Virus record (IMG/VR): IMGVR_UViG_3300042870_001966
Length of the DNA stretch: 64,000 bases
Direction: 5' to 3' (one strand)
Source of the DNA: a virus
Taxonomy: Duplodnaviria > Heunggongvirae > Uroviricota > Caudoviricetes
Part shown: positions 29,343-38,800 of the stretch, piece after piece
Position numbering within the stretch: the stretch's first letter is position 1
Layout of the letters: every line of letters starts with the position of its first letter
Made by a program: the position numbers and the translations under genes
The notes under the pieces: generated by a model
What the model saw: the letters and a program-made list of their open reading frames with translations, nothing else
The model's database searches: none
Told to the model about the DNA's origin: nothing

Positions 29343-29723
29343 ATGAGAAAATCAAAAGCAACCGCAGCTACCAAGGTATCTGCACCAGCGGTAAAGGCCG
29401 CAACTCCTTCAACAACAAAGACCGCAAAAACTGCGAAGTCTAAAAAATCTACTGGGTCTACTGTTTCAGCGGTAACCGTAACAGCTACCGTTTCAACGGG
29501 TCGTAATGCTGGCCGTAAAGGTATGAGTTACGCAAAGTTAACTCCAGCTCAAAAGTTAGAGGTAATCTCTGCTCGCAAACGTCGTGGAGATAACTCAATG
29601 GTAGCTACGAAATTAGGGGTAGACTCTAAATTGGTAAGCGCTGTCGTAACTGGCCGTAAGTCAGACATGCGAGTTATGAATGCCCTATACAATACTGTAC
29701 GTGGCCGTAAGGTAACTGCATAA
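29343..29723 (+). CDS. basic DNA-binding protein: Lys/Ala/Thr-rich tail plus HTH-like domain
   Basis: MRKSKATAATK...KTAKTAKSKK, then VATKLGVDSKLVSAVVTGRK. Confidence 0.65.
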   Translation: MRKSKATAATKVSAPAVKAATPSTTKTAKTAKSKKSTGSTVSAVTVTATVSTGRNAGRKGMSYAKLTPAQKLEVISARKRRGDNSMVATKLGVDSKLVSAVVTGRKSDMRVMNALYNTVRGRKVTA

Positions 29724-29747
29724 CACAACACTTAGCCCAAAACAAAG

Positions 29748-29777
29748 AAAGGGGATCCTCAGAAGGGATCCCTTTTT
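29748..29777. terminator. intrinsic terminator (near-identical copy at 43398-43428)
   Basis: aaaggggatcc-tcagaa-gggatcccttttt versus aaaaggggtcc-tcagaa-gggacccctttttt. Confidence 0.85.
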
Positions 29778-29891
29778 GGGGTATATAGATAACTTCATGA
29801 AAACGGTATATGTGTGGCTGGGGGTTACCCTGTGGTTCCTAGCTATTATAGTCTACTCCGGATTGAAGAGGATAGAACGTAGAGGTTAAGG

Positions 29892-30323
29892 TTATCTTAA
29901 GAGATCCAGTCGGGGTACAGATCGCCCGCTGGGTACTTCCCGCCAGGTCTTGTCTCCCAATTCCCAAATAAGATCTACATCGTGTTCTTTAGCTAGATTC
30001 ATGATAAACCCGTCAACAAACTCAACATCTCCAGGCTCGTCGGCCTTGACCATGCGAATAAGTTCAGCCGGTGGATACTCGTACCAAGAGTCCTCACCGT
30101 CAGCATTGGGAGCCGGATAGGCCTCCATGAACCAACACTTCATAAAGGTTTCTAGATTACCGGAAAAATCCTTTCGACCAATCTTTTCCCAGTCTACCCG
30201 GACTATCAGCACACGAAACCCAGGAATGGGAATCCCCAGCCTATGGAGTTCCATCTGATCGGTGTAATTCTGAGCCGACTCAGTTAGCGCAAATCCATTG
30301 AAATCGGTAATATAATTCTGCAT
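29892..30323 (-). CDS. hypothetical protein with CTS-like N-terminus
   Basis: MQNYITDFNGFALTE; exact TATAAATA 5 nt upstream of the ATG. Confidence 0.75.
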   Translation of the reverse strand: MQNYITDFNGFALTESAQNYTDQMELHRLGIPIPGFRVLIVRVDWEKIGRKDFSGNLETFMKCWFMEAYPAPNADGEDSWYEYPPAELIRMVKADEPGDVEFVDGFIMNLAKEHDVDLIWELGDKTWREVPSGRSVPRLDLLR

Positions 30324-30328
30324 GTGGT

Positions 30329-30336
30329 TATTTATA
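30329..30336 (-). promoter_or_regulatory. T4-late-type promoter TATAAATA, representative copy
   Basis: Exact T4 late consensus; about 20 ATAAATAA copies precede late/CTS genes in this window. Confidence 0.8.
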
Positions 30337-30339
30337 CAG

Positions 30340-30910
30340 CCCCTACCCGGGGGAGAATTTGCTCCAGGCAGAGAGTCTAGCTCGGGGAGAATTTCTAAAA
30401 AGCTATTAGGTAGACGAGGTTTCCTCGGGTAGTTTAGACCGGGAATCCGCAGATACCAAGGACCTCGACGGAAATCGGCTGCATTGGCCAGAGCGCTATT
30501 CCCAGGCCGTGGAGAAATCAGAAGAAAGTAAAGTGCAGCACACCGCCTCCTGGAGTACTTTTTTTATGTCAGCAAGGTCACTCCTGGAGCACTTATTCAG
30601 CTGCCCGGTACCACTCCTGGAGTCACCTGGGTACTGCTCCTGGAGTCACCTGGCCGGTGACCCTGGCCGGCTCCTGGGGGCTGTCCTGGCCGGTACTATT
30701 CAGCCGGTACTGGACCGGTCCGGCTACTGATCTGGTCCGGACTCCGGCAGATCTTAGCTAGTTCGGATCCAGCTGGCCGGGTCTAGAGCAGGCTAGTCGT
30801 TATTCCGCCCGGCCAAAAGTTGTTAGACCCCGCCGAAAGTTGTTAAGCCCCGCCGAAAATTAGCAACTACCCGTCTTTCTGCTCTAGAGCTTAGAACTTT
30901 GGTCTACCGC
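30340..30910. repeat. GC-rich non-coding island with CTCCTGGAG repeats and a tandem AAAGTTGTTAnnCCCCGCCG repeat
   Basis: CTCCTGGAG four times in about 30547-30646; two 20-mers at about 30816-30856; dense CCGG. Confidence 0.7.
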
Positions 30911-30941
30911 TGTGTATAAGAAATATAATTACAGATTAGAG

Positions 30942-31253
30942 ATGAGTCAAGTTACAGAGTATTTAGTTGCGGAATTCCTAAGAATTCTAGACCGCAGCGG
31001 CCGGGACTGGCACCGTATCCAATGGGCAATACGCGGATTGGAAGCAGAGGTCCGGGCGTCAATCGCCCAGGACGATCCTTGGTCCGAGGAGTTAGAAGAG
31101 TATTTAGAGTCCAGAATCGTGGAAGCCCTGGTCCTCGCAAGAACCGAGGCAATAGGCTTAGAGGAGTTTGAATGGGCGCATGAAATAACGGCCAGGCTGG
31201 TAGAGCTTGGAATAGAACCTAAAAAAACCGAATCTGAATATGTACAATGCTAA
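30942..31253 (+). CDS. hypothetical protein
   Basis: ORF; start placed at MSQVTEY. Confidence 0.6.
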   Translation: MSQVTEYLVAEFLRILDRSGRDWHRIQWAIRGLEAEVRASIAQDDPWSEELEEYLESRIVEALVLARTEAIGLEEFEWAHEITARLVELGIEPKKTESEYVQC

Positions 31254-31437
31254 CCGACCGGATGTTATAGACCAAGAGATAATTCTCGAGCTTAACGGGC
31301 CGGGTCTAATTGACTGGACCGGAATACAGGCCAGACTCCTGGACAAGAAGATAAATGTAGAACGCGGACTTCTGCATAGACGTTGCAAAGAGCTGTTACG
31401 CTCTAGAGCCAGGGAACCTTGGCTATGGAGAGAGTAA
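31240..31437 (+). CDS. hypothetical protein
   Basis: Overlapping ORF. Confidence 0.55.
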   Translation: MYNANRPDVIDQEIILELNGPGLIDWTGIQARLLDKKINVERGLLHRRCKELLRSRAREPWLWRE

Positions 31438-31474
31438 GATATAATATTATTAAACAAAAATAACCCATAGGATT

Positions 31475-31693
31475 ATGAATTCAAAAAGAACAGAACAGAT
31501 TGCAACTATACTTGGAGCTCTAGCGATTGGCTTGCTGGCTTCTATCGTTGTTGCTTTTCCAGTAAAATGGTTGTGGAACTGGTTGGTACCCGAAATTTTT
31601 GGTGCTAAACCAATTAGCGCAGTGCAGGCTTGGGGTCTAGTATTCCTTGCCCATCTTATTTTTCCAAAGACCAAGTTAGAGTCTAAGAAATAA
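31475..31693 (+). CDS. small membrane protein
   Basis: WLWNWLVPEIFG..PIS..QAWGL, two TM segments. Confidence 0.7.
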   Translation: MNSKRTEQIATILGALAIGLLASIVVAFPVKWLWNWLVPEIFGAKPISAVQAWGLVFLAHLIFPKTKLESKK

Positions 31694-31737
31694 GAGTAAA
31701 TCTTTTTAAAAAATAATAGACCCTGGATTTTTTAGAT

Positions 31738-32349
31738 TCAGGGTTTTTTATTTAGGGTCTGCTCGCTTGAAGCCTGCACAGTTAAGCATTTACCCAATGT
31801 ATTAGATGTTATTGGACCGTAGTGCATAATGCCAATCGCTAGCGCTGAAGTCGAAGACGGCTTGGCCGGAACCAGATAAGCAATCACTCCGCCGGTAGTC
31901 ATTTCCCAAGTAAAACCAAAATTAGAGTTTGGGTTCCATGCGGTTGAGGTTGAAATCCTAAAAATTCCAACCTCTACTCCAGCTCCAGCCGGTATGGTGG
32001 GCGCGGTCTCGTTGGTAAAGATATTAGTTGCGGAAGAGAAATTTAACTTTCGCTGGCCTGAAATATAGGGCAAGTTAGCAGTTACTCTAGGCCAGCCCAA
32101 CCAGGACCGGTCAATATTATTATTCAGTGCTTTCCATGTTATAGTTCCAGTTGTTATCTTTGGGGAATGAACTCCTCGAATAATCAACGCGTTAAATTTA
32201 ACGGTTGTCGTATTGGTATTTGTTAATCTAATCAGGAAGTCTGCCGTGTTTTCAGTTGAGGCTAACCATTCCATGTCTAGTCTGATTGAGACGGTTGGCG
32301 CGATGCTAGTTAACTCTTGTAATCTTTGGGTCTTTTTGTCTATACTCAT
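31738..32349 (-). CDS. hypothetical beta-rich protein
   Basis: 203-aa Thr/Asn-rich ORF; the only - strand gene inside the early block apart from the recombinase. Confidence 0.6.
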   Translation of the reverse strand: MSIDKKTQRLQELTSIAPTVSIRLDMEWLASTENTADFLIRLTNTNTTTVKFNALIIRGVHSPKITTGTITWKALNNNIDRSWLGWPRVTANLPYISGQRKLNFSSATNIFTNETAPTIPAGAGVEVGIFRISTSTAWNPNSNFGFTWEMTTGGVIAYLVPAKPSSTSALAIGIMHYGPITSNTLGKCLTVQASSEQTLNKKP

Positions 32350-32473
32350 TGTTTTTATTATTTTTTAAATTTGAGCTAGACGTTTCAACAACGGTTATAC
32401 TTTTATATATTACCGGTTAATAACTCTACTGAAAATAATTCACAAAAAGTTTTTGGGTCTCAAAGATTAGTAT

Positions 32474-32481
32474 TATATTTA
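32474..32481 (+). promoter_or_regulatory. early host-type promoter, -7 element TATATTT(G/A), representative of 13 copies
   Basis: Copies at 32474, 32796, 34240, 35042, 35522, 35769, 36209, 36345, 36915, 37457, 39627, 40370 and 40520, most with an upstream TTTTAGT(C/G)TCAA. Fits the Bacteroidota sigma-A TAnnTTTG consensus. Confidence 0.8.
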
Positions 32482-32508
32482 CAGTATAACCAATTAAACT
32501 ACAGTACT

Positions 32509-32736
32509 ATGGGCAATGAAGTAATCGCAAAAGACAAGCAGGACTGGTGGAGACTTGTAAGACAGGATCTAGCCCAGTGGAATCTAAAAAACCACAATGA
32601 AGATAACCTAAGTATTCAAGATTGGATAGGCGAGGTGGGTCCGAAGATCCACGGAGGTATTGCGTTTAGAGACAGATACGGAGATTGGGATGTATCCCTT
32701 TCGGACCATGATGAAGATGAAGAAGACTCTTGGTAA
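32509..32736 (+). CDS. early hypothetical protein
   Basis: Follows an early promoter. Confidence 0.7.
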   Translation: MGNEVIAKDKQDWWRLVRQDLAQWNLKNHNEDNLSIQDWIGEVGPKIHGGIAFRDRYGDWDVSLSDHDEDEEDSW

Positions 32737-32837
32737 TTGTTAATAACTTCTGAAAAATAAATCACAAAAAGTTTTTTAGTCTCAAAAGTTCTTGTTATAT
32801 TTACTTTATAAATCAAACCAATTAAAAACAAAACATT

Positions 32838-32978
32838 ATGAAAAAGGGAATTATCTTAGAAGGAGTTATGATGGTATGGGCGTTCACGCTAATGGCAATG
32901 GTCGTAGTAGGAATTGGATACGCAGCATTTAATGTCTTAACTGGAAACGTACACGGAACTGCAAGTTTTGAATTTTAA
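32838..32978 (+). CDS. small early membrane peptide (not in ORF track)
   Basis: MKKGIILEGVMMVWAFTLMAMVVVGIGYAAFNV..., 46 aa, after an early promoter. Confidence 0.6.
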   Translation: MKKGIILEGVMMVWAFTLMAMVVVGIGYAAFNVLTGNVHGTASFEF

Positions 32979-32996
32979 CCCGTAAAATCTAGCGAC

Positions 32997-33173
32997 ATGA
33001 CAGACAGACAAAAAGCAGTAGCCAGCCTTGAAAATCTTAGAGCACAAGGAATTCAAGAATCAGCGATACTCGATTTCATTATTAACGATTACCTAACCGG
33101 TTCAGAAGCAAGAGCCACGTTAGTAGCAGCAGAGTTAGAGTTACTTCCATTTACTGGATTCGAAGAAGATTAA
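32997..33173 (+). CDS. small early protein (not in ORF track)
   Basis: MTDRQKAVASLENLRAQG..., 58 aa. Confidence 0.6.
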   Translation: MTDRQKAVASLENLRAQGIQESAILDFIINDYLTGSEARATLVAAELELLPFTGFEED

Positions 33174-33241
33174 CCATTACTGAAGAACTGATGTACTGGG
33201 CCGAGAGATCGGCCCTTTCTTTTTTTGGTAAGATATACTTT

Positions 33242-34189
33242 ATGAAGAAGATAGATTCAAAGAATATAGTTAGAACAGTTGCTGATAACCGCGAAAGCTT
33301 TAACCGGTATTTGCAGGAAATCCGCCGGACTCCGGTTCTCTCGAGCGAGGAAGAGATAGCATTGTTTAGGCGGTTTAAAGCTGGAGACCCGACCGCGGAA
33401 CAGCGGATTATAAAAGCGAATCTGCTTTTTGTAATTACGGTTGCCAAACAGTATTCAAGCCTAGTCAACAAGACCAGCCTAACACTGGAAGATCTGGTTT
33501 CTGAAGGTAATCTTGGTCTGGTCAAGGCGGTTCACAGGTTCGAGCCGGACCGTGGGTTTAAGTTTATATCATACGCGGTTTTTTGGATTAAACAAGCAAT
33601 ACTAGATTGTCTTCAACATAATGTCAAGACGGTTCGTGTTCCAAACTCTGCCCAACTAATTGTAACTCGGGCTCTAAAAGCGGCGGAGCAGGTTGAGCAC
33701 AAGACCGAGCGTAGCGCAACGTTTGAAGAAATAGCAGATATCGTAGCGGCGGATCCAGCAATGTCAGATACCAAGGTAACTGCGTCTAGAATAGCTGAGG
33801 TCTTAACCGCAACAAGTTGGGAAAAGAGTCTTAATCAAAAGATAGACCCGGACTCGAACGAAGAATTTATAGACAGCCTTGCTTCAAGTATATCAACTGA
33901 TTCAGATCTGCTTGGTCTCGAGAAAGAGTCTGTGGTTGAAGCAATGCTCAAAACCTTGAAAGGAGATAATCGCTTGTTTATAGTAAAGCATTACGGTCTC
34001 GATGGATACCAACCGACTCCAATAAAGACAATAGCGGAAGAATTCGATTGCAGTGTCGAGACGGTTAGACAACGGATTAAATTATCTTTTAAATTATTAA
34101 AGAAGAATCAAAAAGATAAGTTAAGATATTTTAATCCTAATTTCCGAGAGTCAGCCATTGCATATACCCCGTTTGGCAGCGGTTGGTAA
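33242..34189 (+). CDS. RNA polymerase sigma-70 factor (RpoD/RpoS-like)
   Basis: Region 1.2 YLQEIRRTPVLS; region 2 NLLFVITVAKQY, DLVSEGNLGL, GFKFISYAVFWIKQAI; region 4 HTH. Confidence 0.92.
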   Translation: MKKIDSKNIVRTVADNRESFNRYLQEIRRTPVLSSEEEIALFRRFKAGDPTAEQRIIKANLLFVITVAKQYSSLVNKTSLTLEDLVSEGNLGLVKAVHRFEPDRGFKFISYAVFWIKQAILDCLQHNVKTVRVPNSAQLIVTRALKAAEQVEHKTERSATFEEIADIVAADPAMSDTKVTASRIAEVLTATSWEKSLNQKIDPDSNEEFIDSLASSISTDSDLLGLEKESVVEAMLKTLKGDNRLFIVKHYGLDGYQPTPIKTIAEEFDCSVETVRQRIKLSFKLLKKNQKDKLRYFNPNFRESAIAYTPFGSGW

Positions 34190-34273
34190 ATTGTTAATAA
34201 CTCTAGGATAAAATATTTTCTAGTATCAAAGATTATTATTATATTTGTATTATAACAACTAAAACCAGAAACC

Positions 34274-34444
34274 ATGCAAAAATTCTTAGCTAAATTATTC
34301 TTTGGAGAACCACAAGGAGAAACAATTGATTTAACGTACGGAACTCTACGCGTTGCGCGCACAGTCGAGCCGGACGAGAAATTAGGATTCAACGAGTTTT
34401 GGACCAGCGTCTATGCGGAAAACAAAAGATTAAACGGATACTAA
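34274..34444 (+). CDS. small early protein (not in ORF track)
   Basis: MQKFLAKLFFGEPQG..., 56 aa, after an early promoter. Confidence 0.6.
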   Translation: MQKFLAKLFFGEPQGETIDLTYGTLRVARTVEPDEKLGFNEFWTSVYAENKRLNGY

Positions 34445-34535
34445 GCTATCCGAATCTCTTTCTCTAGAAGCCGGGTCCAATGGGTCCGGCTTTTTAGTAT
34501 AATAATTATATAACAAACGGAAGGAGAAACAGACC

Positions 34536-34814
34536 ATGCAAAATATAAGCTCAGATAAAACAAAGATCTTATTGGATTTAACCGATCTAGCACAGAGCTT
34601 GATTATCGGCGGTCTAAAAAAACAAGAACCTGAATTATTGGTAATCGGCAAGACTCTACTCGCAGCAATTGGTGCAGTAGAAACGGAAGAAGGAATTCAG
34701 CTTTTGGAATCTATGATTAAAGAATATTCTGCTCGAGCAAACGAGCCGGTGCAGAAGAAAGAAGAAGACTCGTTAAGCTCAATGCTTGCTGGTCTTGGAA
34801 TAAGTCTTAACTAA
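34536..34814 (+). CDS. hypothetical protein
   Basis: After AGTATAAT at about 34496. Confidence 0.7.
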   Translation: MQNISSDKTKILLDLTDLAQSLIIGGLKKQEPELLVIGKTLLAAIGAVETEEGIQLLESMIKEYSARANEPVQKKEEDSLSSMLAGLGISLN

Positions 34815-34819
34815 GACAA

Positions 34820-34927
34820 GGAGAGAATCCTCGTTGGAACGAGGTATTTGACAAAAGTGAGGACGAAACGCTGTACGTCAAACAGTTGCTTGAGTTCGTC
34901 CATCCGGTTCGAATCCGGATCTCTCCA
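34820..34927 (+). ncRNA. tRNA-like RNA with no canonical anticodon arm
   Basis: Acceptor GGAGAGA/TCTCTCC-A, T-arm CCGG-TTCGAAT-CCGG; the middle has extra helices (cctcgt/acgagg, ggacgaa/ttcgtcc). Confidence 0.65.
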
Positions 34928-35091
34928 CAACAACTATTGGTTTGGTTGATTGATACCTCATTGGAATCTTAAGATAAGATTCCTTTGTGGGTTAAAGAGA
35001 AAATATTTAAAAATAAATTTTTTAGTGTCAAGTATTCTTTTTATATTTGTACTGTATAATAATATTAATTAACTTTAAAACCAAAAAAGAA

Positions 35092-35469
35092 ATGGAAATT
35101 AAATTAAATCAAAAAGAAGCAGAAGAATTTTTTCATACTGCTCTTTGCAACGGGCTAGGCTATATGTCAGGCTATGGATTAGATCTTACTTTCGAGAAGG
35201 CGGATTACGAAGAAGCGCGCAAGAAATTGGAATCTCCTTGTTACGAAGATGTCTTGTTACAGATTTTACGAGACGGAAAAGGTCTAACTATGGTAGACGA
35301 AGAATGCGAAGGAGAATATACGCGAACGATTACGTTAGCTGATGTCCATGCTCGAGTGGATAAAACTCCATTGAGATTCTTGTTGCAAATGGTTGAAGAA
35401 AACGACGATGCGGAAACGGCGGACGTAATTATTCAAACCGTATTTTACGAAGACATTATCTTTGGATAA
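35092..35469 (+). CDS. early hypothetical protein
   Basis: After an early promoter. Confidence 0.75.
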   Translation: MEIKLNQKEAEEFFHTALCNGLGYMSGYGLDLTFEKADYEEARKKLESPCYEDVLLQILRDGKGLTMVDEECEGEYTRTITLADVHARVDKTPLRFLLQMVEENDDAETADVIIQTVFYEDIIFG

Positions 35470-35554
35470 AACTTTTTTGAAAATAAATGAGCCGAGATTT
35501 TTTAGTCTCGGCTTTTTTTGTTATATTTGTATTAACCAATTAAAACAAGAAAAT

Positions 35555-35716
35555 ATGTACAGTTTAAAATGTAATTACTACACCAAAGAATTTCGCTCAA
35601 TCTCCGAATTACTGGACGACGTGCTCTCGAGCGGCATGGACCCAAACTATGAAATTACCTGCGACGGCCGCGGAACCGGCGAAACCGCATGGGACCTCAT
35701 CGGCGACGAAGCCTAA
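35555..35716 (+). CDS. small early protein
   Basis: MYSLKCNYY..., after an early promoter. Confidence 0.65.
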   Translation: MYSLKCNYYTKEFRSISELLDDVLSSGMDPNYEITCDGRGTGETAWDLIGDEA

Positions 35717-35780
35717 AATTATTTTAAAAATAAATGAGCCGGGATTTTTTAGTCTCGGCTTTTTTAGTTATATTTGTATT

Positions 35781-35903
35781 ATGAAAAATCAAGAACAGAA
35801 ACCAGCTTGCCAACACGTAAATACCTACGTTGCGGTTCGTCATGCTTCAGGAATGAAGCTCGTAAAATGCAGAGACTGCGGTAAATCAGTATACTGCGGA
35901 TAA
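35781..35903 (+). CDS. small early Zn-ribbon peptide
   Basis: CQH...CRDCG. Confidence 0.55.
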   Translation: MKNQEQKPACQHVNTYVAVRHASGMKLVKCRDCGKSVYCG

Positions 35904-35930
35904 TTATTAATCTTTTAAAATCTAGAAACT

Positions 35931-36167
35931 ATGGCGTCTAACATAACATTTACAGTTGAATACACGGATTCACGATCTCAAACCGGTAGAATTTCCGCAA
36001 GTGTTGATATTCCAATGGAGCTTCATGAGAGCTTAAATCGAGACATGCAGTTCGGTGGTCAAACATTTTCCCGATGGATAGAGAATAATTTGATTCCTAA
36101 CATTATATCCGTGATCGATCCCTCGAGACCGTGGAGAGTTGTCGATCCATCCATCCAACGAGTTTAA
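35931..36167 (+). CDS. hypothetical protein
   Basis: 78-aa ORF. Confidence 0.65.
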   Translation: MASNITFTVEYTDSRSQTGRISASVDIPMELHESLNRDMQFGGQTFSRWIENNLIPNIISVIDPSRPWRVVDPSIQRV

Positions 36168-36219
36168 AAATAATTCACAAAAAGTTTTTTACTGTCAAGT
36201 ATTCTGCTTATATTAGCTT

Positions 36220-36269
36220 TATAATTAAACGGTTCGCCTAACAAGCGCAGAGGGTATACTCCGACCTAC
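36220..36269 (+). repeat. 50-bp repeat, copy 1 (candidate small RNA)
   Basis: 49/50 identical to 40381-40430; both lie directly after an early promoter. Confidence 0.85.
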
Positions 36270-36376
36270 AATAAACTTTTTAGATTGTTAATAACTTTTC
36301 TGAAAATAATTAGCCAAAAATTTTTTATTGTCAAAAGTTCTTGTTATATTTACTTAATCAATTAATTATTACCAAT

Positions 36377-36820
36377 ATGATAAATCCTAATCACTTCGCT
36401 ATCGCTGCCCTTGCTGGAAAAGCACAGTTGACTATTACTAATCCAACTACAGGCCAATGGATAAAAATCAAGATGAAACGCCGCAAGGACCGTACAACTG
36501 GCCAGCTAAGCAACTGTTACTTCATGAGTCTTGCTCTATTGGGCGACGGCGAAATCGGCTACCGCTACGTTGGAGCCTTCTTCTCGGATACTCGTCGCTT
36601 CAAGCGAGCAGCGAATATTTCGGATAGAGAAATCCAAATCACGGACTGGTTGGTGAGAGTGCTATCGAATCCAGCTAGCCTACGCAACACAGAAATCCAG
36701 CATGCTGGTGCCTGTTGCAAGTGCGGCCGCAAGTTAACCCACCCGGAAGTATCGAGTCTGGTTTTGGATTGGACCGGAATGTTTTCAATCGACTTACGGA
36801 CCTGGAACTTTTGGGTCTAA
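36377..36820 (+). CDS. DUF6011-like protein, C-terminal motif apparently frameshifted
   Basis: CCKCGRKLTHPE; the expected SIExG and GPEC appear in other frames. Confidence 0.55.
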   Translation: MINPNHFAIAALAGKAQLTITNPTTGQWIKIKMKRRKDRTTGQLSNCYFMSLALLGDGEIGYRYVGAFFSDTRRFKRAANISDREIQITDWLVRVLSNPASLRNTEIQHAGACCKCGRKLTHPEVSSLVLDWTGMFSIDLRTWNFWV

Positions 36821-36953
36821 GAGTTCTATCCCAATTCGGATTCCTGCCTACCGCATAGTCGGACTCCCTAGTAAAATAAGTCATAATAAATTTTTTAGTG
36901 TCAATTATTCTTTTTATATTTGCTATATCAATTAACTCTTAAATCAAACCAAC

Positions 36954-37394
36954 ATGAAAAATCAAATCATTAACTCAGAAAGAATCGGCCAAGTAGACTT
37001 TATAACAGGTCAAGCAGGCGAATACCGCGCAATCGTTAAAGTTCAGGCCGGATTCATGACGGTAGTAAACGACCATGGAATCCAGTCTAAATGGTCTAGC
37101 GGCGCAAGCTGGAAGACAGCAATGGATGTTTTCCGCGGATTCAAGAAGGGAGCTTTACAAACCATCGAGTTCAGAGCGGAAGGCTTTAATACATGGTTAA
37201 CTGTCTTCGCCCGCAAAGGTAACACGATAATCCTAATGGATACTGCAATGTTTCTTGAAATGGAGGTAGGCGATATCAATCAGGACTGGTCTAATAGTAA
37301 TCTATACAGTCAAACTAATTACAGACTGTGTAACGCTAAGACTTGGGCAGACAAAGCGTTCGTCCGAAACAGCCAAGAGGAAGTAGCTGCTTAA
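36954..37394 (+). CDS. early hypothetical protein
   Basis: After an early promoter. Confidence 0.75.
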   Translation: MKNQIINSERIGQVDFITGQAGEYRAIVKVQAGFMTVVNDHGIQSKWSSGASWKTAMDVFRGFKKGALQTIEFRAEGFNTWLTVFARKGNTIILMDTAMFLEMEVGDINQDWSNSNLYSQTNYRLCNAKTWADKAFVRNSQEEVAA

Positions 37395-37494
37395 CTCCCT
37401 AGTAAAACTTTTTAAAAATAAGTCATAAAATATTTTTTTATATCAATTATTCTTTTTATATTTGTATCATATTAATCAATTAAAAAATCAAACC

Positions 37495-38223
37495 ATGAAA
37501 AATACAAGATTCGAAACAAGTGCGGGACTACCCCAATACTTTAAAAGCCTGGACGGATTGGCTAGACCGTTAAGTAAATGCGAAGAAGGAGCGTTAGCTG
37601 ACAGAATCCAGTTAGGAGATGACGAAGCGCTTAACTCCCTAGTCACCGCGAACCTTAAGTTCGTTGTAACCTTAGCCAACAAGTTTATTGGTATGGGTCT
37701 GCCAATCGATGACCTCATCCAAGAAGGAAACGCTGGTCTAATCGAAGCCGCTCGCAAGTTTACGTCAGACAAAGATGTTAAGTTTATTACTTACGCTCAG
37801 TTCTGGATTCGCAAGCGTCTTAACCTTGCTCTTTGCGACTTGGGAAGAACCGTTAGAATTCCAGTAAATCAGGAATACGATCTTTACAAACGTAAAATGA
37901 AAGGCGAAGAAATCAATCTTACTAACGTTGCGATTGACAAACCAGTCGGGGACGAGGACAGTGCAACAACAATCGGCGACTTGATTCTTAAGACCGATTT
38001 CGCTGATCCATTCGAGAACCAAGAGAGAGACATGATTCTTGCCCGATTACTTGGCAAATTAAAAGCAAGCGATCGCCAAATCGTAGAGTTATTTTATGGA
38101 TTGGTTGGCGATGGATTATCAACAAAAGAAATTGCAGAGTTAATTGGTAAGACTCCATCAGAAGTAAATCGTTCTCTTAAAGTTGCTAGAGCGCAAATGA
38201 GAAAGGAGGTAGTATCATGCTAA
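37495..38223 (+). CDS. second RNA polymerase sigma-70 factor
   Basis: NLKFVVTLANKF, DLIQEGNAGLIEAARKF, VKFITYAQFWIRKRL, region 4 STKEIAELIG. Confidence 0.92.
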   Translation: MKNTRFETSAGLPQYFKSLDGLARPLSKCEEGALADRIQLGDDEALNSLVTANLKFVVTLANKFIGMGLPIDDLIQEGNAGLIEAARKFTSDKDVKFITYAQFWIRKRLNLALCDLGRTVRIPVNQEYDLYKRKMKGEEINLTNVAIDKPVGDEDSATTIGDLILKTDFADPFENQERDMILARLLGKLKASDRQIVELFYGLVGDGLSTKEIAELIGKTPSEVNRSLKVARAQMRKEVVSC

Positions 38224-38432
38224 CAATGGAACACGCAAGTACCATGGCCGAGATGGCGGTAGATATACTCTTTGCAGAAGGAGATCTATTTAAAGGTAAG
38301 GTAGATAAGGACTCCCTAGTAAAAGAGATCCAGGCAGCAACCTTAAAGAAGCTGGTTATAGAAGATTCAGACTTCTTAACCGAAGAAGAGTTCCAAGCCT
38401 GTCTGGAAAATGCCAAGAAAAACAGTAACTAA
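38217..38432 (+). CDS. hypothetical protein
   Basis: Coupled to the sigma gene. Confidence 0.7.
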   Translation: MLTMEHASTMAEMAVDILFAEGDLFKGKVDKDSLVKEIQAATLKKLVIEDSDFLTEEEFQACLENAKKNSN

Positions 38433-38450
38433 TATTTAAAATCTAAAACC

Positions 38451-38711
38451 ATGTATAAATTAGGAAACAAATGGTCGCACAACTTCGACTACGACGGAAT
38501 GCTAAAGGCTGGCTCGGAAGTAACAGTGGATACTTCTCTAGAAGACTTGGAAAAATTGCACGATTCTTTTGAAGATGTCAATTACCATACGGAATCCGAA
38601 CCGCTTTGGAACGCAATCATTGCCAAGCGAAACGGATTCGACGGACCGTACTTTACACAGAGTATTAACGAGTTCTCGAGTCTATGCAAAGAGTGTTTAA
38701 CTGAACAATAA
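38451..38711 (+). CDS. hypothetical protein
   Basis: 86-aa ORF followed by a terminator. Confidence 0.7.
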   Translation: MYKLGNKWSHNFDYDGMLKAGSEVTVDTSLEDLEKLHDSFEDVNYHTESEPLWNAIIAKRNGFDGPYFTQSINEFSSLCKECLTEQ

Positions 38712-38800
38712 TAATCCATCTTTTAACTAAAGGGGTCAAGGCGAGAATCTTTGACCCCTTTTTTAGTATAATAGATATAGCCAAAATAAATAAAAAGGTT

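Noticed and set aside
30509-30730. 73-aa ORF in the GC-rich island
   Set aside because: It starts at GTG, is made of the DNA repeats, and has composition unlike the other genes, so it is probably spurious.
34850-34875. Hammerhead ribozyme (gtgag...gacgaaac)
   Set aside because: It lacks the CUGAnGA core and stem II.
36745-36790. Programmed frameshift in the DUF6011-like gene
   Set aside because: The SIESG and GPEC motif halves lie in two different shifted frames with no clear slippery site plus structure. Mutation or sequencing error is more likely; check the reads.
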